Assembly (NCBI GenBank): GCA_964599985.1
Contig: CAZRHV010000006.1
Span: forward strand, 8,965 to 72,964
Direction: 5' to 3'
Length of the DNA stretch: 64,000 nt
Source of the DNA: an uncultured Marinosulfonomonas sp.
GTDB lineage: Bacteria; Pseudomonadota; Alphaproteobacteria; Rhodobacterales; Rhodobacteraceae
Numbering within the stretch: the first letter of the stretch is position 1; every line of letters begins with the position of its first letter. This document shows positions 39,523 through 48,522 of this stretch, in pieces. The translations under genes and the position numbers were made by a program. The notes below the pieces were generated by a model. It saw nothing but the letters and a program-made list of their open reading frames with translations. It made no database searches and was not told the DNA's origin.

Positions 39523-39606
39523 CACGCTCTCCGATTGGTCGGGGGTGGGCGTCAAAATTCGGTTGCCGGTTTGCCACCGACAGCACATTCAGGAATTTTA
39601 TGAAGT

Positions 39607-39632
39607 GCCGGGCGCGCATCCACGCGCCCGGC
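39607..39632 (-). terminator. 10-bp GC stem-loop just downstream of the substrate-binding-protein gene
   Basis: GCCGGGCGCG-catcca-CGCGCCCGGC is a perfect inverted repeat between the SBP stop (39648) and the first permease start. Confidence 0.5.
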
Positions 39633-39647
39633 CAATTTCAGCAAGGC

Positions 39648-40901
39648 TTAGTTTTGCTGCGGCGCATACCAGGCTTCAAGTCCGGCTTGCAGCTGAGCCG
39701 CCGCATCTTCCGGTGTGGTTGAGCCGTTGATCACGTTTGCCGATACAACCCACATTTCGCTCCAGAGATTTGGTGTACCGCGCGCCAAAATTTGCGCAGC
39801 AGAGCGAATGGTTGAGTTACATTCACCGCGCCAAGAAATGAATTCATTGGCAATCGGATCATCCAACGTGATCGCGTGGTCTGAGAGTGAGAAGAACCCA
39901 GGAACTGCATTTGAATACAGTGTCGCGAATTCCGCACTACCCATCCAATCCAGGAACACCTTAGCCGCATCGGCATTCGGCGAAGCTGGATTCAGACCCA
40001 GTGCAATATCGGTGTGATCCGAGATGTAACAATCATCCCCTGCGGCAGGAAGCGGTGGCTTGAACACACCCAGCTCAAACTCGGCGTCGTTGTTGAAGCC
40101 GGCAATTTCCCAGGAACCAGCCGGATAGATCGCAGCGCGACCAAGCGTGAACAGTGTCTGGCTGTCAGGATATGACTGCGCGCTGAAACCGTCGCCCATA
40201 AAAGGAGCCCAGCTTGCCAGAACACGTAGTGGTTCGACCCAACCTTCGTCCGTCAGCTTACCGGAACCATCAATAATGGCTTGGCGACCTTCTTCACCTT
40301 TCCAATACATTGGCCCGATATTTTGTAGACCCATGGCAGCAGATTCCCACTGATCCTGTGTCCCCATAGCCAGCGGCACATAGTTGCCATCGGCCTTAAT
40401 TGCTTCCAGAACCGACATGAACTCGGCCTGCGTTGTTGGTACTTCAACACCAACTTCGGCAAATGCGTCTTTGTTATAGATAAAGCCGTGGATCACAGCC
40501 GCGATTGGCACACAGAACGTGGCGCTACCATCATCCGTGGTCCATGCTGATTTGGCCACATCGGAAAAACTATCAAGCGCCGAAAAGCCTTTGAGATCAG
40601 CCAGGTAGCCTTGATTATACAGCGTCAAAGCCCGGTCAAACGGGCGGCAAGTGATCAGATCACCAGCGGTTCCACCTTCCAGCTTGGCGTTCAGGGCGGC
40701 GTCATATTGGGTTGGTGCTGTTGGGGCAAAGGTAACAGTGATGCCCGGATTAGCCGCTTCAAAAGCCGGAATGATTTGTTCCTGCCAGATGGTCAGATCA
40801 TCATTACGCCAGCTCTCAATTGTCAGTGCCTGTGCATAGGCAACAGACGCGGTACCGGCCAACAATGACGCAGTGATCCCGCTTAATAAGATTTTATTCA
40901 T
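39648..40901 (-). CDS. ABC sugar transporter substrate-binding protein (GlcNAc/amino-sugar locus)
   Basis: Signal peptide MNKILLSGITASLLAGTASVAYAQ. 417 aa, family-1 SBP layout. Confidence 0.85.
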   Translation of the reverse strand: MNKILLSGITASLLAGTASVAYAQALTIESWRNDDLTIWQEQIIPAFEAANPGITVTFAPTAPTQYDAALNAKLEGGTAGDLITCRPFDRALTLYNQGYLADLKGFSALDSFSDVAKSAWTTDDGSATFCVPIAAVIHGFIYNKDAFAEVGVEVPTTQAEFMSVLEAIKADGNYVPLAMGTQDQWESAAMGLQNIGPMYWKGEEGRQAIIDGSGKLTDEGWVEPLRVLASWAPFMGDGFSAQSYPDSQTLFTLGRAAIYPAGSWEIAGFNNDAEFELGVFKPPLPAAGDDCYISDHTDIALGLNPASPNADAAKVFLDWMGSAEFATLYSNAVPGFFSLSDHAITLDDPIANEFISWRGECNSTIRSAAQILARGTPNLWSEMWVVSANVINGSTTPEDAAAQLQAGLEAWYAPQQN

Positions 40902-40955
40902 GGTCTTCCTCCAGTTGGTTTTTGGTTATTTTCACTTAACTTCGATCGCTCAGTT

Positions 40956-41909
40956 CTATTCGCTCCTTTTCAGCGCAGCCCCCAGATTACCGTTATCCAC
41001 GTCCAACATCTTTGCAGCCTCTTGAGGGCTGTGGCCGCTAACCTGTAAAATTGCTGCCTTGATATCCATTCCGGCAACCGCCAGCGCATCCCGAGCCGTG
41101 TCGTCACTGCAGCCAGTGACCGAGGCCACGATCTTTGCCGCTCGTTCACCCAACTTATCGTTGCTCACGACCATATCCACCATATAGCCACCATAGACCT
41201 TGTTCAGCCCGACCATCACGCATGTGGAAAGCAGATTCAGCGCTGCCTTTTGGCTGGTGCCAGCGCTCAGCCGTGTGGACCCGGCCAGAACTTCGGCCCC
41301 GGTATCCAGTAACACTCCAATATCCGCGTCTTTCAGCAGTGGGCTGCCCGGATTATTTGCCAATGAAATTGTCAACGCCCCATGTGCACGCGCCCTTTGA
41401 ATAACTGCCCGCGTATAGGGCGTGGTCCCGCTGGCTGCGATACCGATCACAACGTCATCAACTGTAAAACCTGCATCGTCAGAATTGCGACCCGCCAGTT
41501 CTATATCATCCTCTGCACCCTCCATGGCGTGCTTCATGCCCGCATCGCCACCGGCGAACAGGTTCAGTATCCGTGTATCGGGCCAGTTGAATGTCGGTCC
41601 CAGTTCTATACCATCCAGCACCCCAAGACGCCCGGATGTCCCGGCGCCGGTATAGATAATACGACCGTTACCGCTTTCTAGCCGCGCTACGGCTGCATCC
41701 ACTGCCCGTTCAATCTCTGGTAGTGCCATATGCACACTGTGAATTGCCCGCTGCTGGCCATCCAGCAATGCAGACAACACGTCAGCACGCGGCCAGCTTG
41801 CCAGTTCCTGATAACGCGGGCTGCGCTTTTCCGTATTGCGCCAATCCACCGAATTCTCGGAAGTTGGATTCGGGCTATCTAAGTCAGGTGTCAGATCAAT
41901 ATCCCCCAA
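40956..41909 (-). CDS. murQ: N-acetylmuramic acid 6-phosphate etherase
   Basis: SIS motif YTGAGTSGRLGVLD and overall MurQ layout (EGAEDD, GIAASGTTPY, GSTRLSAGTSQK). Confidence 0.8.
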   Translation of the reverse strand: MGDIDLTPDLDSPNPTSENSVDWRNTEKRSPRYQELASWPRADVLSALLDGQQRAIHSVHMALPEIERAVDAAVARLESGNGRIIYTGAGTSGRLGVLDGIELGPTFNWPDTRILNLFAGGDAGMKHAMEGAEDDIELAGRNSDDAGFTVDDVVIGIAASGTTPYTRAVIQRARAHGALTISLANNPGSPLLKDADIGVLLDTGAEVLAGSTRLSAGTSQKAALNLLSTCVMVGLNKVYGGYMVDMVVSNDKLGERAAKIVASVTGCSDDTARDALAVAGMDIKAAILQVSGHSPQEAAKMLDVDNGNLGAALKRSE

Positions 41910-42091
41910 AATAATGCCAATAGCGTACCAAATAGAAACTTATGAATCAACCCGCCAAACTAAATTTTATCTCTCACGCCTCTGGAAAAAGAAATTTCAA
42001 TTATTTTTTACCGGCAAACCAAACCGGGTATTGTGTTTTTAGGCATCCGCATTAACCTAACTGCGAACTCATTCACGATTAGGCATAAAAC

Positions 42092-43033
42092 ATGCACTTT
42101 TGCTTAGACATTGGTGGCACCACAACCCGCGGCGCTCTGTTTGCACATGACGGTAATATGCTGGCGCACGCAACCGCTACAGGGGCGGCATTGTCACTGG
42201 GGGCAGAGCACACCGCCGATGTTATACGCGAGATCTGGCAGCAGATTAGGCTGGCCATCGGCTCCAATATTCCACCCAATAGCAAAATTGGTATTGTAGC
42301 TGGTATTGCCGGTGCCACTATCCCCGGCGAAGCAGCTAAACTAGCAGAAATCCTTAGCGAATTTGCCAGTCTGCGCATAGTAAGCGATGGATACGGTGCC
42401 TTGATCGCCGCAACCCAAGGCGCACCTGGTACGCTTATTTCGATCGGCACCGGGTTGACCGGAATGCGGCTCTTTGAAAACGGCGAATGTATTGCCCGGT
42501 CCGGTTGGGGCTTCCCGATAGGGGATCAAGGCAGCGGTAGCTGGCTAGGTCTAAGTGTGATGCAGGACCTGACTAAACATATTGATGGCATTCCCCAAGC
42601 GCACGTCATTTCCACCGACTTCGCGTCACAAATACAGGCGCTGACCGGCCTTACACGATTGGACATTCTGAACTGGCAAAAAAATGCCAGACCAAAAGAC
42701 TTTGCAAGCCTGGCACCTACGATTGTAGATTTCGCGCAGGATGGCGATGAATATTGCGGTTTTCTTATGCAGCGTGCCGCGCAGGAAATTGTTGATCTTG
42801 CCAAGGCCCTCTTTGCCACCAGCTCAAAAAACCAATCCAATGAGCCCAACCAGCCCTCGATTTGGTTGTCCGGCGGTCTTGGTGCCCCAATACTTCCCTA
42901 TCTGGAAAAAAATTCAAGCAAGCTGGGCTGGTGTCTTTCTAAATCTGAACCGCTGGCCGGACTTTGTTTGCTGGCCATGGGAAAAACACCGGAAGAAAAC
43001 GTGGTTCCAAGAGCCGCGCGCTTAGATAAGTAG
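42092..43033 (+). CDS. BadF/BadG/BcrA/BcrD-type ATPase, N-acetylglucosamine (or MurNAc) kinase
   Basis: MHFCLDIGGTTTRGALF phosphate-1 motif and GWGFPIGDQGSG. Divergent from murQ. Confidence 0.75.
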   Translation: MHFCLDIGGTTTRGALFAHDGNMLAHATATGAALSLGAEHTADVIREIWQQIRLAIGSNIPPNSKIGIVAGIAGATIPGEAAKLAEILSEFASLRIVSDGYGALIAATQGAPGTLISIGTGLTGMRLFENGECIARSGWGFPIGDQGSGSWLGLSVMQDLTKHIDGIPQAHVISTDFASQIQALTGLTRLDILNWQKNARPKDFASLAPTIVDFAQDGDEYCGFLMQRAAQEIVDLAKALFATSSKNQSNEPNQPSIWLSGGLGAPILPYLEKNSSKLGWCLSKSEPLAGLCLLAMGKTPEENVVPRAARLDK

Positions 43034-43418
43034 GACTGCGAAATCGAATAAAAAAATTGCCAAATTGGTTAGCAGGACCTTTGGCACAGCGAAACTCTAC
43101 CTGATGCTACCTGATTTCGATTTTATGAAGGCTAAGTTAGCGGGTAAACATCTCCAGAGTCTTCTGACTGACGATCTGATAAAGTTAGGTTGCTCGGCAA
43201 CATGCGTCGAACCAGGCGAGAAGTTATCAAATATTTGACCCAGTGCTGTCGCTAGACCCCCAATCTCGTGTCGTCGTAGTGGTGAACCGAGACTAAAGTT
43301 TCGAGCGGTGCCAATTGCTGCGCCTTTAAGAGACTCTAAGAAAATTGGCAGAGCCCAATCCCCGAAAACACGCGCTGGTTTCCCTGCATACTAACTGTGT
43401 CTCAGACACTGAAAGTGC

Positions 43419-43493
43419 TGGCTGGGGTGGTAGGATTCGAACCTACGATACATGCTACCAAAAAGCATTGCCTTACCACTTGGCTACACCCCA
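43419..43493 (-). tRNA. tRNA-Gln (anticodon UUG), CCA encoded
   Basis: Folded by hand. Acceptor stem UGGGGUG/CACCCCA with U1-A72. Anticodon stem AUGCU/AGCAU with loop UUUUGGU. T arm GUAGG-UUCGAAU-CCUAC. Discriminator G followed by CCA. 75 nt. Confidence 0.9.
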
Positions 43494-43574
43494 ACTGTGA
43501 ACGGGTATTTACGTGCTCATCGCAAGGCGATCAAGTCCCGTTTTCTGAAAATATGCCGTATCCGCGTTGTTACC

Positions 43575-45071
43575 CTAAATTGTTTGATCATACTCGCCGA
43601 CAGAGGGTTCACTGCGGATGAAACCATCAATATCCGCAAATATCGCGCGCAGTTCTGTATCGCTCTCCGGGCTCTCGCAGACCACGACAAGATTGGGCGT
43701 ATTCGATGATGCGCGTACTAATCCCCAAGCACCATTATTCAGGATTACGCGTGCGCCGTTAACCGCAACAATTTTGTCTATCTTGCGCCCGGCCAGATTG
43801 CCGCCTTTGGCAAAATGATCCTGTAGCCGTTTCACAATCCGGTCTAACACGTCGTATTTTTCAGTATCAGGGCAAAAGGGTGACATTGTTGGCGTCGAAT
43901 AGGTAACAGGCAAGGCCCGGCGCAAATCTGACATCGACTGGTCAGAGTTGCGATCCAGTAGTTTACACATCTCGACCGCGACGCGCATACCACAGTCATA
44001 ACCGCGCCCAATGGGTTCAGCTAAAAAGTAGTGGCCAGATTTTTCGAACCCGGCAAGTGCGCCAATTTCCTTAACCCGACGTTTCATGTGTGAGTGGCCG
44101 GTTTTCCAGTAATCTGCCTTGGCTCCGTATTTTTTCAGCTCTGGATCGGACGCAAAAAGCCCAGTGGATTTTACATCCGCTACGAATGTTGAGCCGGGAT
44201 AAAGCCGCGCGAATTCCCGCGCCATGATCACGCCAACCTTGTCAGCGAAAATTTCTTCGCCTTCGTCATCCACCACTCCGCAGCGGTCGCCGTCACCATC
44301 GAATCCCAGCGCCAGATCAGCCCCTGACGCCCTCACAGCTGACGCCATGTCGTGCAGCATTTCCAGGGCCTCGGGGTTCGGGTTGTAATGCGGGAACGTG
44401 TAATCCAGCCCATTATGCAGTGGAACGACCTCAACGCCGATCCGCTCAAACAGTGCAGGTGCAAAGGCTGAAGCAGTGCCGTTTCCGGTGGCGCAAACCA
44501 CCTTTAACTTGCGGGTCATTTTGAAGTCGCCGACCAGATCATCAAGATAGGCGTCCATGACTCCATCAACGTATTCGTATCGACCACCGTTGGCCGTTCT
44601 AGAATGGCCGCCGAGTACAATGTCACGCAGCTCATTCATCTCATCCGGTCCGTGTGTCAACGGGCGTTCAAACCCCATTTTCACACCAGTCCAGCCATTT
44701 GGATTATGTGACGCAGTTACCATGGCGACCGCCGGGGCATCCAGATGAAACTGTGCAAAATAGGCCATTGGCGATAGTGCCGGACCGATGTCTTTTACAT
44801 GGATACCGGCCTGCATAAGCCCGAGCATCAGCGCGTTTTTTATCGACAGGGAATAGTCGCGGTAATCGTTTCCAACGGCGATTACCGGCTCAATCCCTCT
44901 ATTTTGCATCTGTGTTCCAAGCCCCAGCCCTAGGGCGGTGATGCCTGGCAAGTTGATGTCATCCGGGTACTTCCAGCGGGCGTCATATTCCCGAAACCCT
45001 GTGGGGGTAATCATTGGGTCGCGCAAAAATTCCCAGGTATTCTGGGCAACTATTTTTTGGGGTTTTTTCAC
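43575..45071 (-). CDS. phosphomannomutase/phosphoglucomutase
   Basis: Active-site TASHNPNGWTG and metal loop GFDGDGDRCG. I favour the GTG start at 45071 (AAAGGA Shine-Dalgarno sequence, no overlap with kdsA). The ORF-track ATG at 45134 overlaps kdsA by 38 nt. Confidence 0.85.
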   Translation of the reverse strand: MKKPQKIVAQNTWEFLRDPMITPTGFREYDARWKYPDDINLPGITALGLGLGTQMQNRGIEPVIAVGNDYRDYSLSIKNALMLGLMQAGIHVKDIGPALSPMAYFAQFHLDAPAVAMVTASHNPNGWTGVKMGFERPLTHGPDEMNELRDIVLGGHSRTANGGRYEYVDGVMDAYLDDLVGDFKMTRKLKVVCATGNGTASAFAPALFERIGVEVVPLHNGLDYTFPHYNPNPEALEMLHDMASAVRASGADLALGFDGDGDRCGVVDDEGEEIFADKVGVIMAREFARLYPGSTFVADVKSTGLFASDPELKKYGAKADYWKTGHSHMKRRVKEIGALAGFEKSGHYFLAEPIGRGYDCGMRVAVEMCKLLDRNSDQSMSDLRRALPVTYSTPTMSPFCPDTEKYDVLDRIVKRLQDHFAKGGNLAGRKIDKIVAVNGARVILNNGAWGLVRASSNTPNLVVVCESPESDTELRAIFADIDGFIRSEPSVGEYDQTI

Positions 45072-45096
45072 GGGGAATATCCTTTGGTACCAATCA

Positions 45097-45930
45097 CTAT
45101 ATTCGAATTGGGTCCGCCTTTGCGAGCCCGTCAAACGCCATTAAACCTTTAAGTATGGCGGGCATATGGTCCAAATAAATCATATTTGGTCCATCACAGG
45201 GGGCATTATCCGGGTCTTGGTGTGTCTCAATGAAAAGAGCGGCAATGCCAAGCGAAACCGCCGAGCGAGCCAAAACTGGAGCGAATTCCCTTTGCCCGCC
45301 AGAAGACGTGCCCTGCGCGCCAGGTTGCGCAACGGCATGGGTGGCATCCATCACAACAGGATAGCCGGTTTTCATCATCTCAGGCAGTCCGCGCATATCA
45401 ACGACTAACGTATTATAGCCAAATGATGTGCCACGCTCGGTTATCAATATGTTCTTGTTGCCGGTTGATTCAATTTTTGTAACGATATTCGGCATTTCCC
45501 ACGGCGCCAGAAACTGACCTTTTTTAACATTTACCACTGCCCCGGTTTCGCCCGCAGCGATCAACAGATCGGTTTGACGGCACATGAACGCGGGTATCTG
45601 AAGTACATCCACGACATCAGCGACAGCACTACACTGCCCGGCATTGTGGATGTCCGTTAGCACCGGAATATCAAATTCGTCTTTGATGCTTGCCAGAACT
45701 TTTAGGCCCCCGTCAATTCCAAGACCGCGACTGCCGCCAAGGGATGTACGGTTAGCTTTGTCAAAGGAGCCTTTGAAAATATACTGCGCGCCAACCGCAT
45801 CACAGGTCTCTTTCAATTGGCCAGCAATCATCTCTGCATGATCGAGGCTTTCCAACTGACACGGCCCTGCAATCAAAGTTAACGGTTGATCATTCCCGAC
45901 CTTCAGTTTTCCAATATCTACGGTCTTCAT
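45097..45930 (-). CDS. kdsA: 3-deoxy-8-phosphooctulonate (KDO-8-P) synthase
   Basis: 277 aa. DIGKLKVGNDQPLTLIAGPCQLES N-terminus and DATHAVAQPG motif, typical of KdsA. Confidence 0.85.
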   Translation of the reverse strand: MKTVDIGKLKVGNDQPLTLIAGPCQLESLDHAEMIAGQLKETCDAVGAQYIFKGSFDKANRTSLGGSRGLGIDGGLKVLASIKDEFDIPVLTDIHNAGQCSAVADVVDVLQIPAFMCRQTDLLIAAGETGAVVNVKKGQFLAPWEMPNIVTKIESTGNKNILITERGTSFGYNTLVVDMRGLPEMMKTGYPVVMDATHAVAQPGAQGTSSGGQREFAPVLARSAVSLGIAALFIETHQDPDNAPCDGPNMIYLDHMPAILKGLMAFDGLAKADPIRI

Positions 45931-47553
45931 TTATGCAGACACTTGTTCGCGCAGGATAGATGCGGTTAGCGATGCCATCAAATATATCCCGCTAAAAATC
46001 AAGAACGCGACCACGGTATTTTCAAATTTCCTGGGGTAGGTTGCTTCATCCGGGGCGACAGGGCTTACACCCAATGACAGGTATCGAACTTGTCTGTTTG
46101 CCTCAATTCGAGCGGTTTCAAGCTGTTGAAGTGCCTGTTGCATCATCAATTGGCGGGTCTCAAGATCGACTTCGGCGATACGCATTTCACCACTTATGCG
46201 GGCGAGAGATGTAGAATCGGAACTGCCGTCTGTCAGTTGTCCCCGCAGTTCGGCTACTAAGGCCTCTAGGCGGCTAATATCGCCACGTACGCCATCAACA
46301 CGCGCTTGGTTTGGTCGTGCGTTATCCAACAATTGTTGAAGCTGAAGCCCTTTTTCCCGGATCTGGATTTCAAAGTTGGAAATCTGCCCCATAAGCGCGG
46401 TAGTTTCGGATGCGGCATCAATGACTCCCAAGCTTTCCTGAAGCTCCAGAACTCGCATCTGGGAGGCTAACATTTTATCTTCCGCACTCTGAAAGCTCTC
46501 TCTTGCACCCTGCATTTGGTCGCCACGCAGTCTTTGGGTTAAATTATCCACTTGCTCCTCAGCATAGGCAATAAGCGCTCGGGAAAATTTTTCGCTCACA
46601 TTTGGATCACTGGCGATAACCTCCATTTTAATGAGGCCTTCGGTTGGATCGAAACCGATCTTAACCATGCGCCGGTACAATCTAAATGTCGCCTCATTCG
46701 TACTGTCACTTTCAAGTCGTTGCAAAGGATCAACGAAATCTTGGCTAAAGTGTTCCCGGAAACCTAAGTCCTGGTTCAGCCGAAGCATCGCTTCTCTTGA
46801 CTGCAGATAACTTTGCACGGCTATCGAGTCTTGCGAATTAGCAAATCCCGTGCCGGAAAAAAGACCGCCAAGGGAACTACCCCCTGTGCTGTCGGCCTTC
46901 TGGATCAGGAATTCTGATTTGGTTGCATAAAGCGGTGTTGCAAGAGCGTAATAATAATATCCAACAATAAAGGTCGGAAGGAACACAAAAAATGCCAGCC
47001 TTGCAAAAAGTAGTAAAGTTTTCCGGCGACGACGTTTGGCTATTTCGCGTTGAATTCGGGAAATTTCAACGCCACGAACATCTTCGTCCATGACTTCAGT
47101 TGAAGGAAGGGTTTCCTTTTCAACCGTATCAGGCAAGTTCGCGCGTCGTTTCGGTTTTTTGACTTCTGGCTCTACCAATTCCAGCATTGTAGCGCGCTGA
47201 AATGGATCAATTCCCTTTTTGCGAAGCAATCGGATTGCGTCATAATCAGAGCTGGGATCAAGACCGTGCTTTTGTGCGACACGTCGTGCCATACGCAACT
47301 GCCGCCCGGTTAGCCCCTCTTTTTTAATAGCGTTAAGTTCATCAGCAACTTCAGCCCGCTCTTTCGCGGTTGGTGGTTTGGCCGTTGGATAAGGCTCATC
47401 CCCAAATCCGTCTTCGGGTGTGTCGAACAGGCCATCCGTTCCGGCATCGCCCGGTTTTTTCCCCTTTGCCTCAGGGGTTGCCTTGTTCAACGGCTCCGCA
47501 AGAGAGCCGCTGCGCCGAATGCGATACTTTTTTCCTTTAGGCTTAGTAGTCAT
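45931..47553 (-). CDS. kpsE: capsule polysaccharide export inner-membrane protein (KpsE/CtrB-like) with a long basic N-terminal extension
   Basis: C-terminal about 380 aa: a TM helix, YATKSEFLIQK..., a coiled-coil region and a terminal TM, as in KpsE. The first about 160 aa are Lys/Arg/Pro-rich and have no counterpart in typical KpsE. Confidence 0.7.
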   Translation of the reverse strand: MTTKPKGKKYRIRRSGSLAEPLNKATPEAKGKKPGDAGTDGLFDTPEDGFGDEPYPTAKPPTAKERAEVADELNAIKKEGLTGRQLRMARRVAQKHGLDPSSDYDAIRLLRKKGIDPFQRATMLELVEPEVKKPKRRANLPDTVEKETLPSTEVMDEDVRGVEISRIQREIAKRRRRKTLLLFARLAFFVFLPTFIVGYYYYALATPLYATKSEFLIQKADSTGGSSLGGLFSGTGFANSQDSIAVQSYLQSREAMLRLNQDLGFREHFSQDFVDPLQRLESDSTNEATFRLYRRMVKIGFDPTEGLIKMEVIASDPNVSEKFSRALIAYAEEQVDNLTQRLRGDQMQGARESFQSAEDKMLASQMRVLELQESLGVIDAASETTALMGQISNFEIQIREKGLQLQQLLDNARPNQARVDGVRGDISRLEALVAELRGQLTDGSSDSTSLARISGEMRIAEVDLETRQLMMQQALQQLETARIEANRQVRYLSLGVSPVAPDEATYPRKFENTVVAFLIFSGIYLMASLTASILREQVSA

Positions 47554-48190
47554 AGATTGCCTTTGCTTCTTCTAACGTGTCGAACTGTAGGAACTGCCCG
47601 TCTTTTATTACCGCCGCTGACCTGCAAAACTTTTCCAGAGTAGACGCCTGATGCGATACAATAATTACTGTAGCATTTTCCAGCCGTTCGCGCAGAATTG
47701 TTCCTGCTTTTCGATTAAATTCTGCATCTGTGCTGCCGGGCATGCCTTCATCAATCAGATAAATATCAAATTCCAGCGCCAGTAACAGTGACAAACTAAA
47801 CCGCGAGCGCATACCAGAACTATAGGTGCCGACCGGCATATCAAAGTATTCTTCGATCCCGGTCAACCAGCGTGAAAACGCCTCCATATAGTCGGGGTCT
47901 AAGCCGTATAGCCGTGCCACAAAGCGGGCATTTTCACGCGCAGAATGTTTGCCAACAACACCACCCATGAACCCAAGCGGGAATGAAACCCGGCAAGATT
48001 TTCGAATAGTGCCTTCATCGGGCTTTTCCAGCCCTGCCATCATGTTGATAATTGTGGTTTTTCCGGTACCATTTGGCGCCAGTATTCCTAAGGAGTTGCC
48101 CAACTCAACGCGAAAAGAGGCCTGGTCAAGAATGACCTTCCTCTGTTTGCCAGTCCAAAAAGACTTGCTAACGCAATCGAACTCGAGCAT
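47543..48190 (-). CDS. kpsT: capsule polysaccharide export ABC ATP-binding protein (KpsT-like)
   Basis: Walker A APNGTGKTT, KpsT-style signature YSSGMRSRF, Walker B IYLIDEG. 215 aa. Confidence 0.75.
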   Translation of the reverse strand: MLEFDCVSKSFWTGKQRKVILDQASFRVELGNSLGILAPNGTGKTTIINMMAGLEKPDEGTIRKSCRVSFPLGFMGGVVGKHSARENARFVARLYGLDPDYMEAFSRWLTGIEEYFDMPVGTYSSGMRSRFSLSLLLALEFDIYLIDEGMPGSTDAEFNRKAGTILRERLENATVIIVSHQASTLEKFCRSAAVIKDGQFLQFDTLEEAKAIYDY

Positions 48191-48522
48191 GGGATTCTAT
48201 CCTGCTATCTGCTTCAACACGGTGCAATTTTAGTATGCGCCTGCTTATCCGCTACGCGATTATTTGATCCGTGCGGGGCTTTTCCACTACATGGCTGGTT
48301 TGCGTCCGGGAATGCAATGAATTTATGGAATATCTACCATTTACGTTGTGTAACCCTCTTGACGTTTCTAAGCCACATATCTCCTAAGTTGCCCAGTAGG
48401 AATATCCGTTCTTTACACTACATATTAACCACATGTGCCTTGCCAATTATTGCCGCATCAGGCAATTGTTGGGCTCATTGCACATGGTACGTGTCTGTAG
48501 GCTAGAAAATAATTACTAAAGG

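Noticed and set aside
43034-43493. Possibility that tRNA-Gln marks the border of an integrated genomic island covering the sugar loci to its left.
   Set aside because: There is no integrase, excisionase or transposase, and no direct repeat of the tRNA 3' end apart from a 7-nt match. I saw no obvious change in composition across the junction by eye. This cannot be supported from the window.
43397-43709. Plus-strand ORFs 43397-43621 and 43452-43709.
   Set aside because: They overlap the minus-strand tRNA-Gln and the 3' end of the phosphomannomutase gene, and have no coding features.
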